The position numbers were made by a program, and so were the translations under genes. Under the pieces are notes generated by a model. It saw only the letters and a list, made by a program, of their open reading frames with translations, did not search any database and had not been told where the DNA came from. Shown here one piece after another: positions 33,825 to 40,080 of a stretch of 40,080 nucleotides of DNA; position 1 is the first letter of the stretch, and every line of letters begins with the position of its first letter. Source of the stretch: Candidatus Woesearchaeota archaeon (GTDB taxonomy: Archaea > Nanobdellota > Nanobdellia > Pacearchaeales > GW2011-AR1); contig CAYLLR010000002.1 in NCBI GenBank assembly GCA_964384965.1, positions 1 through 40,080 of the forward strand. The letters are read 5' to 3'.

Positions 33825-36242
33825 GTGAAAATGAAAACTAAAGAAACTGCTTTTGTTCTTCCATTTAATAAAGTGGACATAAAGGATATTCCGTTCGTCG
33901 GAGGAAAAAACGCTTCCATAGGCGAGATGTATCGGGATTTGAAAAAGAAAGGCGTCGAAATTCCGAACGGATTTGCAGTAACAGCTTACGCATACAATTA
34001 CTTTCTTGAAAAAGCAGGAATAAAGCCTAAAATAAAAAAAATTTTATCAACTTTGGACATAAAAGACACGCGCAATTTGATGGCACGTGGAAAGAAAATA
34101 AGGGAGACTATTCTTAAATCAGAAATTCCAGAAGAATTGAAAAAAGAAATAATAAAGCATTATAAAAAATTATCCCGAGAATATAATGAAAGATATACCG
34201 ACGTTGCCGTGCGTTCTTCGGCTACCGCTGAAGACCTTCCAGATGCTTCTTTCGCAGGTCAACAGGAAACCTATTTAAATATACGGGGAGAAAAGGACCT
34301 TTTGGAAGCATGTAAAAAATCTTTTGCATCCCTTTTCACAAACAGAGCAATTTCATATAGGGAGGAAAAAAATTTTGACCATTTTAATGTTTCTCTTTCA
34401 ATAGGTATTCAAAAAATGATAAGAAGTGATTTGGCTTCCTCGGGTGTGATATTCTCAATTGATACGGAGTCAGGATTTAGAAATGTTGTTTATGTTACTT
34501 CCATATATGGGTTAGGGGAAAATATTGTTCAGGGGGCAGTAAACCCGGATGAATTTTATGTTCATAAACCCACTTTAAAGAAAGGTTACAATTCAATTAT
34601 TTCAAAAAAAATTGGAAATAAACAGATTAAAATGATTTATTCCTTTGACGGAAAGAACCCCGTAAAAAATGTTCCAGTTCCAAAAAATTTGCAAAACCAG
34701 TTTTCAATAAATGAAAAGGAAGTGATACAATTAGCAAAATGGGCATTGATTATCGAGGAACACTATAAAAAACCAATGGACATTGAGTGGGCTAAAGATG
34801 GGAAAACAAATAAAATTTTTATAGTTCAGGCAAGACCCGAAACGGTTCAAAGTCAGAAAGATTTAACAAAATTAGAGAAATACATTTTGAAAGAAAAAGG
34901 GGAAGTTTTAATTAGTGGAAGTAGTGTAGGTTCAAAAATTGGAATTGGAAAGGTACATATAATAAAAGATACTTCTGGAATTAATTCATTTAAAAAAGGG
35001 GAAGTTTTGGTAACAGAAATAACTGACCCAGACTGGGAACCTATTATGAAAATAGCGTCGGCAATTGTTACAAATAAAGGGGGGAGGACTTCCCATGCGG
35101 CGATCGTTTCTCGAGAATTTGGTATTCCTGCAGTTGTTGGAACAGATAATGCGACTGAAAAATTAAAAAATAAAGAAATGGTTACCGTGAGTTGTGCTGA
35201 AGGAGAAAAGGGGTATGTATATAAAGGAAAATTAAAGTATGAAATAAAAAAACAGAATTTAAAAAAAATCCCAAAGACAAAAACGAAAGTGATGATGATT
35301 CTTGGAAATCCAGATACTGCTTTTGAACAAAGTTTCATTCCTAACGAAGGAGTTGGACTTGTAAGAGAAGAATTTATTATAAATACATATATAAAAATTC
35401 ATCCAAATGCATTAATAAATTATTCGAAAATTGAGGATAAAAAATTAAAGCAGAAAATAGACTCTTTAACCTTGGGATATGAAGACAAAAAGAAATTTTA
35501 TGTTAATAAATTGGCAGAGGGGATTGCAATGATAACTGCAGCATTTTATCCAAAAGAAGTAATTGTTAGAACTTCCGATTTCAAATCAAATGAATATGTA
35601 AATTTGATTGGAGGGAAAGAATACGAACCCGATGAAGAGAACCCTATGCTTGGGTGGAGAGGGGCTAGCAGATATTATCACAAAGATTTTATTGAAGCTT
35701 TCACGCTTGAGTGTAAAGCATTAAAAAAGGTAAGAGATGAATTTGGATTAAAAAATTTAAAGATAATGATTCCATTTTGTAGAACTGTTGAAGAAGGTAA
35801 AAAAGTACAAAGGATTATGGCCAAAAATGGATTAAAGAGAGGAAAAGATGGATTGGAAATTTATGTAATGTGTGAAATTCCTTCCAATATAATTCTCGTC
35901 GATGAATTTTCAAAAATATTTGATGGATTCTCAATTGGTTCAAATGATTTGACTCAACTTACTTTAGGGCTGGATAGAGATTCTTCAATTGTCTCCGGAA
36001 TTTCTGACGAAAGAGATCCTGCAGTTAAAAAATTTATTTCAGAACTCATCAAAAATGCCAAGAAAAATAAAAAACCTGTGGGGATTTGTGGTCAAGCCCC
36101 TTCAGATTTTCCAGAAATTGCACAATTTTTAGTTAGGCAAGGAATAGACACAATTTCTCTGAACCCCGATTCAGTGATAGAAACTATTTTTACAGTTGCA
36201 AAAGAAGAAAAAAGATTAATGTCAAAAAAAATTAAACCTTAA
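33825..36242 (+). CDS. ppsA: phosphoenolpyruvate synthase (pyruvate, water dikinase)
   Basis: VGGKNASIGEM, VAVRSSATAEDLPDASFAGQQETYLN, the phosphohistidine motif GGRTSHAAIVSREFGIPAVVG, and the C-terminal PEP-utilizer GSNDLTQLTLGLDRD. AGGTGA precedes the ATG at 33831, and TATA-like CTTATAAATA lies at 33793-33802. Confidence 0.95.
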   Translation: MKMKTKETAFVLPFNKVDIKDIPFVGGKNASIGEMYRDLKKKGVEIPNGFAVTAYAYNYFLEKAGIKPKIKKILSTLDIKDTRNLMARGKKIRETILKSEIPEELKKEIIKHYKKLSREYNERYTDVAVRSSATAEDLPDASFAGQQETYLNIRGEKDLLEACKKSFASLFTNRAISYREEKNFDHFNVSLSIGIQKMIRSDLASSGVIFSIDTESGFRNVVYVTSIYGLGENIVQGAVNPDEFYVHKPTLKKGYNSIISKKIGNKQIKMIYSFDGKNPVKNVPVPKNLQNQFSINEKEVIQLAKWALIIEEHYKKPMDIEWAKDGKTNKIFIVQARPETVQSQKDLTKLEKYILKEKGEVLISGSSVGSKIGIGKVHIIKDTSGINSFKKGEVLVTEITDPDWEPIMKIASAIVTNKGGRTSHAAIVSREFGIPAVVGTDNATEKLKNKEMVTVSCAEGEKGYVYKGKLKYEIKKQNLKKIPKTKTKVMMILGNPDTAFEQSFIPNEGVGLVREEFIINTYIKIHPNALINYSKIEDKKLKQKIDSLTLGYEDKKKFYVNKLAEGIAMITAAFYPKEVIVRTSDFKSNEYVNLIGGKEYEPDEENPMLGWRGASRYYHKDFIEAFTLECKALKKVRDEFGLKNLKIMIPFCRTVEEGKKVQRIMAKNGLKRGKDGLEIYVMCEIPSNIILVDEFSKIFDGFSIGSNDLTQLTLGLDRDSSIVSGISDERDPAVKKFISELIKNAKKNKKPVGICGQAPSDFPEIAQFLVRQGIDTISLNPDSVIETIFTVAKEEKRLMSKKIKP

Positions 36243-36353
36243 AATCTTATATGATTTTATTAAAAAATCCACTTCATAATCAATTTTCCCTTAAATAACC
36301 TTATTCTTTAAACAATGTTAGATAAAAGATTAGAGGATAGATAAAGTTAAATA

Positions 36354-36926
36354 TTGTTAATATTGTTTAAGATTATGAAAAATAAAAACAGAATAGCAAT
36401 CTTTATAATCGGAATAATTCTCTTAGGATTAATTATCTGGATGATAATTCCCTCAAATAAAAAAATGACGCAAGTAAAATTAGAAACAAACTACGGAGAC
36501 ATTGTAATTAATTTGTATAGTGATATGCCTATTACAACGGGAAATTTTATTAATCTCGTCAAAAAAGGAATTTACGACGGAGTAGTCTTTCACAGGGTAA
36601 TTCCCAATTTTATGATTCAGGGCGGAGATCCGACAGGAACAGGGTTTGGGGACCCTTCTATTCCGAATATTCAAGACGAGTTTAGTCACGAAGGAGGAAA
36701 CAAAAACAATCGAGGAACAATTGCAATGGCAAACGCTGGACCGAATACAGGTTCCTCACAATTTTTCATAAATTTAGTAGACAATAATTTTTTAGACACA
36801 AAACACCCCGTCTTCGGAAAAGTTATTAAAGGGATGGAGGTTGTGGACGAGATAGCAAAGGTGCCAACTGATACAAATGATAGGCCCTTAAAGGAAGTTA
36901 AAATTTTGAAAGCCAGTTTAATTTAA
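36354..36926 (+). CDS. cyclophilin-type peptidyl-prolyl cis-trans isomerase with N-terminal membrane anchor
   Basis: FHRVIPNFMIQGGDPTGTG, GTIAMANAGPNTGSSQFFI and HPVFGKV. TM segment IAIFIIGIILLGLIIWMII. The likely start is the ATG at 36375. Confidence 0.9.
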   Translation: MLILFKIMKNKNRIAIFIIGIILLGLIIWMIIPSNKKMTQVKLETNYGDIVINLYSDMPITTGNFINLVKKGIYDGVVFHRVIPNFMIQGGDPTGTGFGDPSIPNIQDEFSHEGGNKNNRGTIAMANAGPNTGSSQFFINLVDNNFLDTKHPVFGKVIKGMEVVDEIAKVPTDTNDRPLKEVKILKASLI

Positions 36927-37298
36927 AATCATAAAAAGAATAAAGAAAATTATAAAAAAGAAGATTGGGAAAAACAAAGGTATTTCTGAACAATTTTTTA
37001 TTGTAAAGGATTCCTTAATTCAAATAGGAAGCGGTTTCCAATCACAATAACCTTTAAAAAATCTTTTTATACCAAAGATTATGGAAATTAAGTATTTTAA
37101 GAATTATTGTAATTCTCAAGATTGTTATGTTCAAGAAAAAAAAGGGAAATAGTGTAAGATTTGAAGAAAATAAAGAAGACATTGATTTTAAAAAAACTTG
37201 GGAAATGTATAAAAAATCAAAACCAATTTTAAAGGATACAAACCTTTAAATAAGAAAAATAATTTAATTTCTTAATTAAATGAATCCAAAAAAACAAA

Positions 37299-37625
37299 AT
37301 GGAAAAAGACATTGGTAAAATCCAGAAAAATGATACAACAGATATTGTTTTAAGGATTGATGATTTTGGTGGTCGAAGAGGGTTTACAATCCGAGAATTC
37401 GTGACTTCTGATAGATACACCGGTTTCACAAAAGCAGGTGTAAGAATTTTAGCAAAAGATTTTCCTAAATTTAAGGAAATGATAAACTCTGTTTCAGAAG
37501 AAGAAATGAAAGAAGAACCTTCAGAAGATTCAGAAGAGCAAAAAACTCTTTCTGAAGAGAAATCTACAGGGGACGAACCATCTGAAGCTGAATCTAAGTC
37601 GAAAGAAGATTTGCCAGATTATTAA
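37299..37625 (+). CDS. PC4/YdbC-like single-stranded-DNA-binding (transcriptional coactivator p15-like) protein with acidic tail
   Basis: IGKIQKNDTTDIVLRIDDFGGRRGFTIREFVTSDRYTGFTKAGVRILAKDFPKFKEMI parallels the PC4 core (IGK..YVSVRDFKGK.LIDIREY....PGRKGISL...W..L...I). The C-terminal tail is rich in S/E. Confidence 0.55.
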   Translation: MEKDIGKIQKNDTTDIVLRIDDFGGRRGFTIREFVTSDRYTGFTKAGVRILAKDFPKFKEMINSVSEEEMKEEPSEDSEEQKTLSEEKSTGDEPSEAESKSKEDLPDY

Positions 37626-37759
37626 ATTTATAAGAATAAATAAGAAAACAAAAGAGAAGTTTGGTAGATTTATGTCTATCGTTAGAATCAAGAAGTGATT
37701 CACAGCAAGATATTTATCTTCGGGGCATAAAAAATTATTTAATAAGAGGAATTTTAGAG

Positions 37760-38068
37760 CTATTTAAGATAGGTTGGCATCAGAGAATTATGTCCAAATT
37801 GGATCGTTAAATCAATGCCCAATTTGTCTATCCCGACGGGATAGTCGCACGCACCAAAACAATTCCCAAGATAAATTAAAAATTCAGCTTCTGTTTTATC
37901 TCTTAAATAATCTACAATTGCTGTTGCGTAGATTTTCAATCCATCAGGAAATTGAACTAAAACAAGTCTCGCTTTTTCTTCTTTAATGATTTTGATTGCT
38001 TTTTTCAAATCTAAGGAATATTCATCTTCCAAATCTTTGACAGTCCTTTCTTTCATGAACATAAACAA
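37760..38068 (-). pseudogene. dph2: Dph2 (diphthamide synthesis, 2-(3-amino-3-carboxypropyl)histidine synthase) N-terminal fragment
   Basis: ARLVLVQFPDGLKIYATAIVDYL...FLIYLGNCFGACDYPVGIDKLGIDLTIQFGHNSLMP matches the first domain of archaeal Dph2 (V.IQ.PEGL...YGACD...D.LIH.GHS). The ORF stops after 102 aa, whereas full-length Dph2 is about 330 aa. Only ~135 nt separate this stop from the neighbouring gene. Confidence 0.6.
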
Positions 38069-38120
38069 GCGTTCTCTCTTATAAATCTTTTTTATTAGAA
38101 ACCTTTAAATTCTTTATTAA

Positions 38121-39896
38121 ATGAAATTATTTATGGAAAGCAAAATAAGACAACCAATTGTGACAATAGCAGGACATGTGGACCATGGGAAAACCAGCAT
38201 CCTCGACTCACTTAGAAATTCCTGCGTTCAGGACGAAGAAGCAGGAGGAATAACCCAAAAAATTTCATTTACTTCCTATCCCATAGATAAATTAAAAGCT
38301 TCTTGTCCTTTAATCCAATCTTCCGGAATTGTTCTGAATATACCCGGGTTTTTACTAATTGACACGCCGGGGCATGCTGCATTCACGAATCTAAGAAAAA
38401 GAGGAAGTTCGCTTGCAGATTTGGCAATATTAGTTATTGACATAAATGAAGGAATAAAACCACAAACCGCTGAAGTAATTACCATCTTGAAGATGAACAA
38501 AATTCCCTTCATAATTGCATTAAATAAAATCGATAAAATTACTGGATGGAAAAAATTAGACGAAAATTTGAAAGTCTCAGTGGAGATGCAATCTGAAAGA
38601 ATAAAACAAGATTTTGATGAAAAATATTATACTCTCGTCGGAGCACTTCAGTCATATGGTTTAGAAACTGATTTATATTATAATATAAAGGATTTTACAA
38701 AGAAAATTGCAATGGTTCCTTGCTCGGCTAAAACAAAAGAGGGGATTCCAGAATTAATCATGGTACTTTGTGGATTAAGTCAGAAATTTTTAACAGAAAA
38801 GTTAAAATTACATTCTGAACCAAAAGGGGTTATGCTTGAAGTTAAAAAAGAAAAAAATACCCAATTTATTGAATCAATACTTTACGACGGAGAACTAAAA
38901 AAAAGCGACGAAATCGCGATAGCAAGTCTTGAAGGAAAACCAATAATTGCGAAGATAAGAATTTTGGAAGAGATTGAACCTCTTTGTGCGAAGTTTAGGA
39001 CAGTAAAAAAAGCAAAAGCATCGACGGGAATACGAATACAGCTCGTAGGCTCAAAAGAAATTTCTCCTTGTGGAAAGATAGAAATTCTTCCTGGAATGCC
39101 CTTTGTAAAATTTAAAAATAATTTAAAAGAAATTGAAAACCAATTTAAAAAAGAAGTTGGCGAATCAATAAAAACAGATAAACAAGGAATTATTGTAAAA
39201 GCAGATTCTCTCGGAAGTCTTGAAGCACTTTTAACCTTGTTAAAACAAAATAATGTTTCTGTTGTAAAGGCAGGAATTGGAAAAATAAATAAGGCCGATG
39301 CAATTTCTGCAAAAGCAAATTTAGAGATAAACGAAATGGATTCACTAATTGTTGGTTTTAATGTGGGAATTTGTGAAGGGGTAAATGAAATTTCTTCAAA
39401 AATAAAAATAATTACAAATGATGTTGTTTACAAAATTATTGAAGATTTAATTGATTGGAGAAAAGAAAAACAAATGGAAATTGAAAAGAAAAGATTAATG
39501 GGTTTATCAACAATTTGTAAATTAGAAGTTTTGCCTCAATATGTTTTTAGAAATACAAAACCTGCGATATTCGGGGTTAGGATAGTTGGAGGAAAATTAA
39601 TAAAAAATCTTCCGATTATAGATGTAGAAGAGAATAAAATTGGAAACATAAAAAATATTCAATCTGAACAAAAGTCAGTTGATGAGGTAAAAGAAGGCTC
39701 AGAAGTTGCAATTTCAATTCCAGGATTAAACTACGAAAGACAATTAAAAGGAAAAAAATTTCTTTATGTGAATCTTGGCGAATCTCAATTCAGAAATTTC
39801 AAAAAGAACAAGGATTTATTGACTCTCACCGAAATAAATATATTAAAAGAGATTGTTGAAATAAAAAGAAAAAAAAATCCCGAATGGGGAATATGA
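38121..39896 (+). CDS. infB: translation initiation factor aIF5B (archaeal IF-2)
   Basis: RQPIVTIAGHVDHGKTSILDSLR (G1), LIDTPGHAAF (G3) and ALNKID (G4). The length and C-terminal beta-barrel/helix region are typical of aIF5B. Confidence 0.95.
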   Translation: MKLFMESKIRQPIVTIAGHVDHGKTSILDSLRNSCVQDEEAGGITQKISFTSYPIDKLKASCPLIQSSGIVLNIPGFLLIDTPGHAAFTNLRKRGSSLADLAILVIDINEGIKPQTAEVITILKMNKIPFIIALNKIDKITGWKKLDENLKVSVEMQSERIKQDFDEKYYTLVGALQSYGLETDLYYNIKDFTKKIAMVPCSAKTKEGIPELIMVLCGLSQKFLTEKLKLHSEPKGVMLEVKKEKNTQFIESILYDGELKKSDEIAIASLEGKPIIAKIRILEEIEPLCAKFRTVKKAKASTGIRIQLVGSKEISPCGKIEILPGMPFVKFKNNLKEIENQFKKEVGESIKTDKQGIIVKADSLGSLEALLTLLKQNNVSVVKAGIGKINKADAISAKANLEINEMDSLIVGFNVGICEGVNEISSKIKIITNDVVYKIIEDLIDWRKEKQMEIEKKRLMGLSTICKLEVLPQYVFRNTKPAIFGVRIVGGKLIKNLPIIDVEENKIGNIKNIQSEQKSVDEVKEGSEVAISIPGLNYERQLKGKKFLYVNLGESQFRNFKKNKDLLTLTEINILKEIVEIKRKKNPEWGI

Positions 39897-40080
39897 AATC
39901 CTCCCTAAAAATATAGACATTTTTCCAGAAAATTTAACATTTTCTTTTGGAATTTCCTTTGATATCCATTCAAATAATTCAACTGAAAAATTTTAATCTG
40001 TGATAATAAAATTTGGTTTAAGTATAAATCTTCTTCAATGATTCTTCATAACAAAATTACTTATTTTTGTACCCTTTCCA

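Noticed and set aside
34853-35338. 161-aa minus-strand ORF inside ppsA
   Set aside because: It is antisense to a clearly homologous PEP synthase, has an F/I/S-rich composition and no motif. It is a shadow ORF.
37127-37249. 40-codon ORF (MFKKKKGNSVRFEENKEDIDFKKTWEMYKKSKPILKDTNL) in the gap before the PC4-like gene
   Set aside because: Its composition is indistinguishable from AT-rich spacer translated at random. It has no motif and no clear promoter geometry.
37774-37986. 70-aa plus-strand ORF
   Set aside because: It is antisense to the Dph2-like fragment, which has specific family motifs. This ORF has none.
1-40080. CRISPR arrays, rRNA genes, IS elements and long direct or inverted repeats
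   Set aside because: By-eye scanning of the intergenic regions found no regularly spaced repeats, no rRNA-like G+C-rich blocks and no transposase or integrase motifs. Only short hairpins were seen.

Overview
Visibly AT-rich, gene-dense archaeal chromosome segment. Archaeal hallmarks are a thermosome, aIF5B, ribosomal proteins L10e/L35Ae/S10, and a tRNA-Tyr with a C1:G72 pair and a bulge-helix-bulge intron. Short genes, many K/E-rich hypothetical proteins and many secreted or membrane-anchored proteins suggest a small-genome DPANN-type archaeon; this is inference only.

Recognisable housekeeping genes:
- L10e and L35Ae in an operon with a Trm11-like methyltransferase
- TatD, thermosome, SerRS, S10
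- PEP synthase, cyclophilin, aIF5B
- a CPA2 antiporter, a UvrD-like helicase and a TrmB regulator
- four tRNAs: Val, Gly, Tyr (with intron) and Asp

I saw no rRNA, CRISPR array, transposase or integrase.

Most notable observations:
1. A minimal RiPP-like cassette at 26383-27818. An untracked 42-codon Cys-rich peptide ORF lies immediately upstream of a radical SAM/SPASM maturase.
2. A Dph2 (diphthamide synthase) N-terminal remnant at 37760-38068.
3. A cluster of secreted proteins at 22205-24698, including an SLT-like lytic transglycosylase.
4. Two paralogous nucleotidyltransferase-plus-helical-domain proteins flanking the ribosomal-protein operon.
5. A xylose-isomerase-like TIM barrel interrupted by a roughly 250-aa insert and ending in a G/Q-rich tail.

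All functional calls come from motif recognition by eye. No searches were run.
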